NCBI RefSeq assembly: GCF_037042905.1
Contig: NC_087245.1
Location: forward strand, 35,838,001 to 35,902,000
Source of the DNA: Lytechinus pictus
Lineage: Eukaryota
Direction: 5' to 3'
Length of the DNA stretch: 64,000 bases
The notes beneath the pieces were generated by a model. It saw only the letters and a list, made by a program, of their open reading frames with translations. It searched no databases and had not been told where the DNA came from. This document shows positions 13,200 to 25,762 of the stretch, in pieces; positions within the stretch are counted from its first letter, which is position 1, and every line of letters begins with the position of its first letter. The translations under genes were made by a program, and so were the position numbers.

Positions 13200-13301
13200 G
13201 AGATCTGATCGAAGCTCGGACACTTCCTGATGGAGAATAACTCGTCTTTCTTTGAAACCCATTTTAGATAAGGATTCCTTAGCCAGAGCTGAAAGCATAA
13301 T
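13200..13301 (-). CDS. Upstream coding exon of the same uncharacterised gene (probable ATG at 13298)
   Basis: ctttatctgacacag acceptor, GTAAGT donor, 102 nt, phase 0/0; IMLSALAKESLSKMGFKERRVILHQEVSELRSDL joins in frame to DNIKDAHHLVRKEIKG and extends a heptad pattern. Confidence 0.75.
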
Positions 13302-15272
13302 CTGTGTCAGATAAAGATAGCAAAAATGGCATCGTTTAAACAAGCTTTTTTTTCTCAAAATATATGATCAAGTTTATCACACAGTCTTAAAACAAAAAAC
13401 AAATCCGAAATTATATGTCCCAGAGATACCAGACTGCCCTGAAAAGAATACTGGTCAGATTAGCGTGTAAAAATCACGTTTTGATATATTGGGATTATTT
13501 GCTTTAGTGACATTCTTTTGTAAATTAAAGGGGAAAATAGAAAGTATCACTAAAGATGACCCACCAACATTCTGTATAGAGTAGACTGTGCACCAATCGC
13601 AAAATATTTTCTGCAAAAATATAGTTTATGGGCTAGAGGTAACACTTAATTTGGCAAAGTCAAGTTGGCTATTTTTATTGAACCAAATTTTATCTGTCAA
13701 ACGTGAATGAATGTGTTTTCTACTCCATAAACAGATATAAGTTTTCTACCCCATAAACAAGTAGGTCTACTAAATAAACATTTTACCAAACAAAGAATTA
13801 GCTCTAGTACATTTCCACCCAATGCATGAAATATTGATACAAGATTCGACCGATAAATGAGCAATGGATACAACTTTCAAACAGAGAGAAGTACAATTTT
13901 TTAGTCGTTCATACAAAATTTACCCGAAAAATGAATTGTTTCCAATTTTACCCGGCAATAAAGTAATCAGGGGCGGCGGAATGTAAAGCCATAAAATGCA
14001 CTTATAATTACGTCAAAGTTGGCATTTGGTGCAAACGGATATTTTCACCATGAGATTATCACTTGCAGAGAAGTTGTGCGTTTTGTATTGATTATTAAGT
14101 TCAGCAAAGTCGTTTTGATATGACTTCTGATTGATAAGATATAGGCTTCATTCTCTAACCTAAAATGTATTATGTTTTGCTTCAAATATGGTATTTCATT
14201 TTTATTTAAAAAGGAGGGCATTTTGCATTTTGAAAAAAAAGACAATTTTCCTACGGGGATTTTTTGGGGGATGGCAAGTGCCCCCCCCCCCTGCATGCCT
14301 CCCTGGAAGCAATTAAATCTTCCCGACAACAATGAATACTATATACTTGGGCACATTGCAGAAAAAGTTGTGTTTAACCCGAAATAGACTGGGCTACTAG
14401 TATTTGAGATGTAAACTTGAGGACGGGGGGGGGGGGGGGCGTGATGCCCTCTTCTGATCTCTCGGCCGCCGTTCTCGCGATCGCGCCGAAACCTTGCATT
14501 CGTATCATAAATTACAAGTCAGTTTATTTTCTTATCATTATGAATAAAATGAGAATAAGTGCAAATTTTACCAAATATGATTTATACCATTTTTCTAATG
14601 TAAGGGATGTTGAATTCTTCCCTAAAAAGGGGTTATTAATTCGAAGTTTATCTGATCAAAAAGGAAATTGTTTACCTCAATTGCTTGAGCACGATTTTTA
14701 CCAGAAAGTTAAAAACTTCACCATGCAAAGAAGTGATTTTTAAACATTTAATCTTGTGAAAATAAAATATTCATAAGAATGAAAATTCCACCCTGCCAGT
14801 GAAGGATTATTAGATGAATTATTCTATATATGTAAATTAATGGACAAAAGAGAAAATAGTAATATGATTATTACGATAATTTGTAAACGAAAATACAAAT
14901 AGTACAATATTAACATGATAATAGTTTTAGGCTATAAAACGATACCTGCTGGTATCCCCTTTTAATTCAAAGTCAGTCATTGTTTTATAAAAAAATAATT
15001 GTAAGTACAAGTTTTATTCTTGCAATATGAATACTTCTACAATAATTTTATTTATTTAACCTTTTATACATCAAAAGGGTAAATCATAATTAAAAACGAA
15101 AACAGGTTAAAAATCTGAAAAATAACTAGCTATGTGTTGAGTATTTAACACTTACCTCTCATTTAATACTATCCCCAAATAAGATATAGACGTACGCGGA
15201 TCAGAACAAACGACGAAAAAGAGATTTCGTACACATGTATTTTACGTCCATAGTGGTAAAAAGCAAACTTAC

Positions 15273-15329
15273 TTTCTCATCTCAGAAGATATGGAACTTT
15301 TCGATTATATGAGTTTTAAAATCTAGGAT
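15273..15329 (-). other. Candidate non-coding (5'UTR) exon of the uncharacterised gene
   Basis: tcacttacag acceptor and AAA|gtaagt donor 57 nt apart; stop codons in all three frames. Confidence 0.4.
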
Positions 15330-15954
15330 CTGTAAGTGATAAATAATTCCCACCATTCTCTCATTTAATTCTCTCCAAGAAACGAATATAATGATGTTAC
15401 AGAAATAATTTCAAAATGAAAATCTTCCCCTATCTTTCGGCGAGATGCCGTTCTAGTTGGCGGCTCTCTTTGACCGGGCTCTTTGAGTCGAGATCGTCTG
15501 TGAGGTACGGAATCACGAATGACAGTTCAGTTGGTACCTCTGCGTCAAACTAGATCTATTCACTGACAGCTTACTCCTTTTTATTTCGATTTTTATGTTG
15601 AGATGCATTATTCTGATCGCAGGTCCAAATGGACTAAAGTAGGGGGAAAGAAAGTAACGCTTTCACGTATCGATTAGAGATTGAGACATTAAGAAGTAGA
15701 CGGATAGAGTTTGTTCGATACTTCCATCTCAGAACCTGCCGAAGTTGATGATGTATAGAGGGAATAATGGTTGGTATTGCTACATGTATCTAGAATTGTT
15801 ACCAAACACGGTGAATATGTTGTGCATACAAATTTAAAACACTTGAGGTGATCCTATCTATGGTATTATCAAAATATATTTTGTTTATCGGACGACATGC
15901 TTGTACATGTATATAGGACTTAAGTATCTTCTAAATGTTGAGTGTAGAAAATAA

Positions 15955-16165
15955 CACAATGGTGGTGATCTTTTACATGATTGCTTAGAAAGCATGACTG
16001 CTTGTATGCAAGAAACCAGAGGACCGACGGCTTAAGGTCCTCTCCGATGGACCTGGTAATGAGGATGAATGCCTTACAAAAGGGCACTAGCGCACCACTT
16101 GGGAATCGAACCCGGGTCACCGGAATCCGAAACCCCCGCTCTACCGACTGAGCTATCGCGCCTCC
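15955..16165 (-). mobile_element. tRNA-derived SINE with a Deu-like segment
   Basis: gaggcgcgatagctcagtcggtagagcg...cgggttcgattccc head, followed by tcggagaggaccttaagccgtcggtcc...gtaaaagatc. Confidence 0.75.
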
Positions 16166-16759
16166 TCTCTCACATTGTTCGGCGAGTCCAGAAAAAAACA
16201 AAATTTATTGAATGTTATATTTTATCACCTTACTTCACAATCAAATATCTAATTACATGGCAGAACTTGAACACTTTAAATATGTTCATTTTCTAGCGGT
16301 TTTCACTAGGTTTTGAGCACTACTGTACTTGCAAGGAATAAAATAAGTGAGACGTGCGGTTCCAAATAATGTTTCCTTTTATTCGGGCAAGCTTCAAATC
16401 ATATCGACGGCCTTCACCGGGTATAACAATCAATAACGAAATAGCATGAACGTTATAATATCAGCAAAATTATAAGCAAAGTATCATTGAAAGTGTAATA
16501 ATTATCATCAGAGTATTTATTTATCTATCCAGGGGCGGATCTATCTATCCATCCATCCATCCATCTATCTATAAGCATCTTGGTTTTCCACGTATTGGTA
16601 ATTATTAGACATCAGAAATGCGAAAGAAGTGATTACACAAGTAATGCATGTTTGCATTGCCAACATGCTCTTCATTAGGGCATTGTAAAATGTACTTCTC
16701 TCATTTCACAATTCATCCCTGAAGAAAGCAGATGCCTATCGAAAATTTTGATTTCTCTA

Positions 16760-17281
16760 TTAAAAAGGTGCTCAAGGGTGAAAATAATATGATTTAAACA
16801 GATAGAGAGGAATCAGACAAACAAAACACTGAAACTTTGACCAAAATCGGTCGAGGAATAACAAAGTTTTGACATTCTAAACATTTGCATTATTTCGGTG
16901 AAACAGTTATATGCATCTCTTCATGAATATTCAATGAGCAAACTGATGATGTCATATCCCCACCTGTTCTTTTGTATTCTATTACATGAAATTATGTTAA
17001 TTCAATTTTTTTCTGCAAGAACTAAAAAAAACTGGATTGACAACTGATTTAATGCAATATAGATATTCATTGCTGCAACTTATTTATTATAAGGGAGACT
17101 ATCACTCACACATATATATAAATGAAATTATTCTGATTTCATGTAATAACATAAGAAAAAGGAAAATGGGGATGTGATATCATCAGCCCATCTAATGAAT
17201 ATTCATAAAGACGTGCATACAGCTGTTTTCACAAAATATTGTTAAACTTTATATTCAATAACTTTGTTATTTGTCAACCGA
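16760..17281. mobile_element. Kolobok-like non-autonomous element, right end truncated
   Basis: Begins near ttaa; inverted arms atgaatattca..ctgatgatgtcatatcccca / tggggatgtgatatcatcag..tgaatattcat. Confidence 0.6.
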
Positions 17282-17559
17282 ATTAGCAACAGAAGAAAAA
17301 AGAAGAAGTAAAAGAAGAAGAAGAAGAAGGAAAAGAAGAAGTAGACGACGAAAAAAACCCAAATTATGAAGAAGAGTAGGAAAAACAAGTAATAGTAAAA
17401 CAATTATTCATTAAAAAAATTAGCATGGTGGAAATGTCGAAAGATTTACTTACAAAGTAGTTGTTCTCTTCTACGCATGCGTTGCCTTTCAAAAAACATC
17501 CAACTATTCGTTCAGGTAGGTCTATTATCCATTTTCATTAACAGATCTTTAAAAAGATA

Positions 17560-17937
17560 TACACAAGGTGCCCAAATTTCTATATTAGTTAGTGATGTCC
17601 ATAAAGAAACTTGATTTTGAGCACCTCCTCTTCGAAACGAGTCGATTGAAGATGAGCATTTGAGGCCAATCCTTGATCTTTTTGCTCGGGTCCTTCCCCG
17701 GTCCTTCCAAGAAGGGCCTCGATCAATCACGCACCTCTTACTTCAAGTGTCTTCGGATTACAGTGTGTATTTGAGTTTTGTCAGACGTGTATCAATCAGA
17801 TATGATTATTTACGTCTGGGACCGACCTTTAACGTCACCATCCGAAAGACGTGACCAGGGCTCGAACCTCGAACCTCTGCATCAATTTGTAACTTCCCCA
17901 CAGCTTGGATTACAGGCGCACGCCACAACGCCCAGGC
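17560..17937 (-). mobile_element. Candidate 7SL-RNA-headed SINE (Alu-like head + B-box + Deu-like body)
   Basis: Minus strand starts GCCTGGGCGTTGTGGCGTGCGCCTGTAATCCAAGCTGTGGGGA (cf. human 7SL GCCGGGCGCGGTGGCGCGTGCCTGTAGTCCCAGCTACTCGGGA), then GGTTCGAGCC, then GTCTTTCGGATGGTGACGTTAAAGGTCGGTCC. Confidence 0.7.
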
Positions 17938-20324
17938 TTGGCGTGTTTCGCTTTCACTGATCAGCGCAAACAATTAGGAGAATTTAGTCGCTAGCTTAAC
18001 AACAGTCTCGACGTAAAGAGGTGACTCTCTCCATGCTCTCCCTCTTCTATTTTGCTACCAAAAGATCGATGATGACTGAATGAACGTCATTAGGAAGCAT
18101 TCGGCCTTCTTTCGGTTGTTTCTTTGTCCCAGTAGGGCGGAGCTAAAACATGAATATATCAAGGGTTTTTGATATAATACTCTCAATAAAACAACTGATA
18201 TCACGCGACGGAATATGAACATGATGAATATAAATGCCCTCCTGGGCGATACCATACGTGTCGTACGGGACATTTCTATAATTTCTAGTCTCTTAGCAGA
18301 CGGCTTGAGCAATACATTTTATTTTTTTGCCAATGATAAAGTTATAGTGGGTAGTCATGTAGAAAACTGATAACCAACGAAAGACAATTGATTATGGGCG
18401 AATTAAAGGTGAAAATGATGTGTGTCATACGGCACTCAGAAATGCCCCGTACGACACTCAACATTTTCACCTGTAATTCACCCATGGACAACATAATTTG
18501 GTTGTCATTTATTTACATGGCTACCCAGTGGTACGTCATTTTTACCACAAAACAAATTGAAGTTTCTCGTTTGTTTGGACAGCAGGTCGAAAAATATGAA
18601 AATGGCTGATTTTTCTAGCATGGAATCGCCGTTCCTCGATGGCATTCATGTAGTTTGTAAAACAAGCAATGCATCTTTTCAAGCATGCAGGTAAATGGCA
18701 TTCGAATAAAGAACCCACTGAAATTGTTCAAAGAATGACTGTGACTCTCATTGCACTATCACTGTACTCAGAGGCGGTTCTTTAGAGGGTTATAGGGACT
18801 TGTGACTTTTCGAGTGTTAAAAAGAAAGAAAAGTGTCAAAAAGAGGGGTCCAGTTATGTAACTGTACATTGCCCCTATTTATTCAATTGAAAAGCAAAGA
18901 TGGCGTCAACTTTTCTCTGGGAACACTGCCAGGGCTCTTGTGATGCACCCATCACAAATTCATAGGGAATTTTCCAAACTATGCACCTAGTTATTATAGG
19001 ATCTTTCCTGGTAATATTCTTAATTAGAATGATACTAATTATGTCACTTTTCATTTGAAAAAAAAAACATGTTTGGACTGTAGAGCATCGAATATAAATG
19101 TTGATGGACATAAGAATTACCATATTCTTCCTTCTTATATATTAATTTACTTTGAAATTATACCAATGTCACAATAATATTTCATTGTGATGTCATGATA
19201 ATTTAACAATAATGATTACTTTAAAGAGTTATGATCGTACCAGTTCGTTGGTGTTAATTACGCTCTAAATATTGAGATAATGAATACATGGGTTGCGGTG
19301 CAGTAAGACTATTTATTGGAGCAGTAAAAATATTGGTTAATGAACTCCCAATATTCAATATCGACAGCCGATTAAATAAAAAAAATGTTTGGACAGTTAC
19401 TAATATACACCGTGGGAGGTACTTTATTCTCATATTATATCCGTTTCATTTGAATGAGCGCGTTCTTCGGTAAACTGCAACTCTTAATTCGACAGACGAG
19501 TAGATTGCAATTATTCTTTGGAAATGGAGTATAAAGGGAATTGTTTGAATTTAACAATGATAAACTAACAATTACGCTTGAAAGGCCAATAGTCTCGCGA
19601 CAAGAATTATTTCTTTATGATTGGGTCTTGAAATGGTTCCATGACATTTGCTCCGGCGACAATTGCTCTGCTGCAAATTCCACACATTAATGGAGACCAA
19701 CCTTAACCCTGGATTTAACAATATAACATATCCACTCTCATATTTTGTGTACAGAAAACTGTATTGGTATAATGCTTAACGCTAAATAATATCCCAAAAT
19801 TATCATATTTTTTATTTCATCAAACAACTTATACATTAAAATCTATTCAAAGAGAAATTTTGATCGAAATTTGCCTTTCTTTTCCTATTTTTTCAAAGGA
19901 TTTGACTTGGGAGCCAGTTGAGAGCTCTTCTCCTGCCGATACCAGAGGCTCTTGGTAATTGTCAAATAAATTGATAGAAACGGTAAATATAAAAATCAAA
20001 CGATATGAATATAAGGATTTATAAATTATTCCAAAAAAATGTGTATGTTTTCTGGTGGTTTTAAGACATATAAACATTCTTTCACCCTTTCCCACCCCCA
20101 ACAAACTGATTGGGAAAAGGCAGATTAAAAGTCCACAAAGAATTTAATATAGGCGTATCATTTTATTTTTGATAGTTGGCAGACGTATACAGATTTGTTC
20201 ATGAACTAGACCTAAATATATTACTTAAAAATTTAGATTAAAATCAAGCCTGTTGTCGCCTAAGTATTCAGGAGACAGCCGCCTGTCACTTTATTCAACA
20301 TCATGAAATCATGGAGTGGCATAC

Positions 20325-21055
20325 ACCCTATCGTAGAACCCATCTACACCAGACACAGCACCATACAACCCATCGACACCAGACACGGCACCATACAACC
20401 CATCGACACCAGACAAAACACCATACAACCCATCAAAACGAGACACGGCACAATACGACCCATCTACACCAGACACAGCACCATACAGCCCATCTACACC
20501 AGACGCAACACCATACAACCCATCTCCACCAGACACAGCACCATACAACCCATCTACACCAGACACGGCACCATACAACCCACCTACACCATACAACCAA
20601 TCGACACGAGACACGGCACCATACAACCCATCGACACCAGACACAGCATTGTACAACTTATCTACACCAGACACAACACCATACAACCCATCTACACCAG
20701 ACACAGCACCATACAACCCGTCGACACCAGATACGGCACCATACAACCCATCGACACGAGACACAGCACCATACAGCCCATCTACACTAAACACAGCACC
20801 ATACAACCCATCTCCACCAGATACAGCACCATAAAACTCATCTCCACCAGATCAGACACAGTACTATTCAACCAATCTTCACCAGACAACAATAGCGTAC
20901 AACCCATCTACGCTAGGCACAGCACCATACAACCCATCGACACCAGACACGGTACCATAAAACCCGTCGACACCAGACACAGCACCTACAGCCCATCTAC
21001 ACCAAGCACATCATCTTATAACCTATCGACATCAGACACAGCCCCAGTTGACACC
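20325..21055. repeat. 30-bp minisatellite, roughly 23-24 units (ccatacaacccatc[tg]acaccagacac[ag]gca)
   Basis: Direct periodicity; the stop-poor unit produces ORFs on both strands. Confidence 0.95.
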
Positions 21056-22503
21056 GCGCAATTTCTTCTTGCGTTAGCATTACATTTGAATTACACTCTT
21101 ATAAATAAAAACAATTCTATAGAAATCAAACCAAACAACAACATAAATCAGATATTGATGTAACTAGAACAGGAAATTCGGTAATAACACTTTAATAGCT
21201 AGACCCTAATGTAAAAAAATGTCATTTTTACCTTCTGACCACGTTACTTGAAAATCATTTTTGTTATTTAGTAATAAATTAGCGTCCTGAGAACAAGGTG
21301 GATACGTGCGCTAAACAAATCATAACTAATCATATATCATTATTATTGTTATTTATTTATTTATTTATATCTTGTTTTTATTCACTTAATTTACTTACCA
21401 TAAACATTTTCATTTGTATTCATGTATTTCATTACTTTTCTCTTGCCTCCACTCATCCAAAAATATTCAAGTTATTCAAATTATTTAACGTGAAAATACT
21501 GCAAAATGCACTTCCACGAATTCCTATATAGAAAGTTAAAATATGCCGTTTTATTTACTTCCACCAATTCCCAGCAAAAAAACAAAAATGAAAAGAAAGA
21601 GAAAGAAAAATAAGGATAATGAGCCAAGTGTAAATATAGGGTGAGAACAGGTATCCAGGATTATTAGCCTTTTTAGGTTTTGTATTCGATACAAACAATC
21701 CTTATTTTGATCATCTCGTTTAAAATTATCATGAAGGCTTTCTCATAAAGCTAGCTACTGCGGCAAGCCGGCAACATTGCAATAAGCTACTGAAATCCTT
21801 GCATCTGATTGGCTCAGAGCAAATTTGCCTGCGAATCATTGTAAACAAGAGCCTCCATGAAACGACCCCTGCTGACCCTTGAGGAACACCTCGTTTAACG
21901 ACGTCGATTAGTGCAGACCCTTTTCATTATCTACAATAATTGAGGATTAAAAAAGCTTGATGAATGAAAGTGATTTCGATTTAGTGGAGACGGCTTTGGA
22001 TCAATAAGTAAACTTAAAGATTTGTTTTTCCACCACTTAACCTTTTGTTCCAATGCTTTTGAAGGAGTTAAAGAAGTTTTTATCGAATGGCTTTCTCAAT
22101 GGTAAGAAGGGGGAAAACGGGGGGGGGGGGGGTGAGTGAGAGTGAATGACAGACAGCACAGAGAGAGGCGAGTAGTCAGGGCGCTAGACCTTTTGGCCCC
22201 CCAAAACGAAGGGGGGGGGGTGTAAAAGGAGGAGAAAATATTTAGATTGCCCAAGCATTAATATCTCTTTTTATTATGATGATTTTTGCTTAATCAGACA
22301 TCGCAGAAATCTTGCAAAGAAATCAGAATCTGTATTGGGGTGAAATTGACAACTTCCGGGGCTCTCTCATGCTTCTTATGATGGTGAATTATGTTTCAAG
22401 GAGTGTAGGAGCTTTGTGTAATACCATGATCAGAGAGATTAAGCAAGCGTTCTTTGAATATGGTGGATATAGTAATGTAGGTTAGTTCTTTGATAATACA
22501 TTA

Positions 22504-22654
22504 CATTGGCGGCGGAATCCAAAAAATTTAGGGGGTCCACCTGAAATTTTGGGATGGACACAGGTAAACAATTTGACAAGCAAAAAAAAAAAAGAATTTA
22601 GGGGGGACAGGACCCCCCGCCCCCCCCCCCCCCCCCCCGCTTCCGCAGCCTATG
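22504..22654. mobile_element. hAT-like MITE with 8-bp TSD atacatta
   Basis: TSD at 22496-22503 and 22655-22662; termini cattggcggcggaa / ttccgcagcctatg. Confidence 0.8.
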
Positions 22655-22789
22655 ATACATTACAAATTATGTATAAAACATGGCCCTGTGAAACGGAGGT
22701 GCATGCAGGGTGCTATGATTCATACTGTTGAAATGCTCACTCGATTTTGATTTTGATTCGTTTTGAATTTCTGACATCGAGAGTGTATC

Positions 22790-24470
22790 GGTCCCGTAAC
22801 CAGGGGGGGGGGGGGTTCCTCTATCGAATCCCTGCAGCTTGGCAGCAGCCAAAAAAAAAAGAGCAGAGGAGTAAAGATATTTACAAAAAAGATAAGAAAA
22901 GTGAATTAAACACGGGCTTAAAATATCACGTTTTTAAGTCAATATGTACAAATCAATTATACCGAGTTTCATTATTTTGTTCCAGCGAGATACGCATCCT
23001 GTTTACAAGAAGGGCTAAATATGTTCTATTGGCGCTACGCGCTCACATTCTTGATCAGCAATATAGATATCCCATTCCTGAATTTTAACTAACAAATCCA
23101 CTTTTCAGGTCGGTAGGCCTATATCAATTATTTCTAGCCTTTTCATTCGCATTAATTGTTTAGTTAGATACTCATCCCGTTCATGATTTCATGAGGTGCT
23201 TAGAATGTCCCGTACATCTCAATCCCCCACCAAAATTCAGCTCGCACTTCACGCTTGCCCCATTTATTTAAAAAGTCCTCTACATGATATAAGGTCTTAC
23301 ATTTTAAACAGTGCTTAATACCTTGGTCACATTTGCTCTACGGCGCCAGTTCGGCGAGTCGAAAGCATCCGTTTTATTAATTTTAATTCAAACCACCTAT
23401 ATGTAGTTGGACAAAAAATATTAAAACGGCTGTTATGTGACCAAGGTATAACTTGAGCAACTCGATCATCACGCTCGCATTCACTGGCAGATCCGGGGGG
23501 GGGGGGGGGGCACAGCCGGCCCGTGCCCCCCCCCCCTTTGAGAAGCAAAATTAAAATTTTAAATGTAAAAATGCCGTTGAAACAGAAGTGTGCCCCCCCC
23601 CCCCCTTTGGAAAGTGAAGACTATTTTTTTACTTGTCAAATTTTCCTCGGAAAAATGTGCCCTCCCTTTTGGAAAATCCTGGATCCGCCCCTGCTCGCAT
23701 TGATTTCTTTAATTAGTTACACAGCTCGCTCTTTCTTTGCTTTTAAAGCGTGCTTAAAATGTTTGGTTTAGAGATTGGAATATCAACAAATCTTCAGCTC
23801 GCACATCCTGATCTTGTTAGCTTATTTAAATTTATTTGAATGAATAAAGATTTTTTTAGCACGACACCCAACCTTTTCATGGCAAAAAGTGAATAGAATG
23901 CCTTTTTCAGGTCTATAAACCTCAAAAAGCTCACACTTCAAAAATATTTTTTTTGGATGTATATCTTGTTCTTTATTAAATCGTCCACCAACTGTCAAAT
24001 TTTCCAGATCAAATACCAAAAATTTCAGTGCGCTCTTCGCGATCGCATAAATTGTTGATTTGAATACCCATCCTGATTATCGGTGCGTAAAGTGCTTAGA
24101 ATGTCAAGCTTTCAGGTCAGAAGATCAACTTATTTCAGCTCGCACTTCGCGCTCGCATTATTTGGTAGGTGAGGTATGTATCCTCATGAGTCACTAAAAA
24201 CACTCCAAAACAGGTTCATTTTCATGTCTTCAGGTCAGTATATTACAAAATTCAGCTCGCACTTCGCGTTCGCATTAATTGATACTTAGATACGCATCTT
24301 GATCACCATTACAAAAATTTGTCTTAGAGTTCATTTTTTCATGTCTGAATACATAAAATAAAACAAAATGGAGTTTTTCCTTAAATTATTTATTGAAACT
24401 GTCAATTGGGAAAAAATGTGGATGACCCCCCCCCCCCCCCGCATTGGCGAAAGCTGGGTCCACCCCGGGG
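22790..24470. mobile_element. Degenerate hAT-like element(s) built of repeated aaaattttcagctcgcgcttcgcgctcgcatt modules
   Basis: Module recurs at ~23030, 23235, 23470, 23795, 24020, 24135 and 24250; poly-G and poly-C ends; boundaries approximate. Confidence 0.5.
23482..23693. mobile_element. hAT-like MITE with 8-bp TSD ctcgcatt, nested in a larger repeat
   Basis: TSD at 23474-23481 and 23694-23701; termini cactggcagatcc / ggatccgcccctg. Confidence 0.85.
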
Positions 24471-25762
24471 AGTAACGGAACTGATCATATACTAGAAAGA
24501 TTCACTCTTCATAATTTGGAACCCCCTCATAGATGTCCGGGTTACGGTCCTGTGTATGAAAATGAAACATTTTGAAAACGCCTTGAGCTTACCACGATTT
24601 TGTTTTTTTAATTTTTTATTACAATCTACAGAATTCGTGCAAAATAAAATGTGATATGAAATAATGATTTTTTTTTTATACATCACCCCTACACCACCGC
24701 ACGTATACCCTTATACACAGAATGATAGGTACATTCAAAATGAAGCAGAGAAACACGTTTTCGTCATCGTTTTCTTATCAAATTGTTTCTTTAATAATTC
24801 ACCATCACGCATTTTGTCAGTAAATAATACACCAATATGAAACCGCATTTGTATAAATTAATGAATAATAAAATTTCAATTGCAATAAATTTGGCAAAAT
24901 CAATAACATGTATAACAACCGATTGAGCATTAACCAACCAACGATTACTTTCCCGTATTCTCACCAGCGAAATGATATTAAGATCACAGTGATTACTTTC
25001 CCGTACTCTCACCAACGAAATATTAAGATCATAGTATAAACGGTGCGAGGGGTGGCCATAAAATGGCGGATATTGCTTTATCAAGCGCTGTAAAGACTAG
25101 ATCTATTCGTTGCGCTAAAGATCTGTCACACCCCGATCAATTTGAATTGAGTTTATGTAACATTTTAGTTTCAAAGAAAGCCTCTAAAGTAGAAGTATAC
25201 ACTGAGAAATTAATATCACAATTATTATTGCAAGTGTCCACAAAAACAAGCGCTAAACTAATCTGAGAAATATGAAAATCTCAGAAATCTCAATATTTTC
25301 TTAAGATCGATGATCACTTTTAAAAAGCCACTTATGATACGTCAGGCAGTGTTTACATAGATTAAGATAAGTTAAATGATCAAAACCACTTTTTACGGAG
25401 GCTATAGTATGTGTACAAAAATGGGTTTCATGGTTGTTGTATGTTTGTATGTATGTTTTATTTATTTAAATACGGGATAAAAAAAACCTACTATCAGCCG
25501 CAAGGCTGTTTTTCAGCAAGTCCGTACATAAAAGTTGAAAAACATAAAACAATAAATTATAAATCATGAACAAATTGTCAAATAAAACTGTTTGCCATTT
25601 TTTTAGGGGGGTACATAAACTGTGTATTTTTATATGATTTCTTCCCTACAACTTCTTCTCTAAAAACCTTTCTCTTAGTCGCTAAATGAACATGATTTCG
25701 GAAAGATCATAAACGTTCTGAGTAAGTTGTGAGCACATATCGAAGATTTTCAGACCTTTTAA

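Noticed and set aside
16375..16750. Penelope-type terminal repeat or minimal hammerhead remnants (cctgaagaaagcagatgcctatcgaaa at ~16718)
   Set aside because: Stem II is imperfect and no stem I/III or cleavage triplet can be built; too degenerate to call
17895..17937. Genuine SRP (7SL) RNA gene
   Set aside because: Similarity stops after ~43 nt; no S-domain or 3' Alu strand is visible
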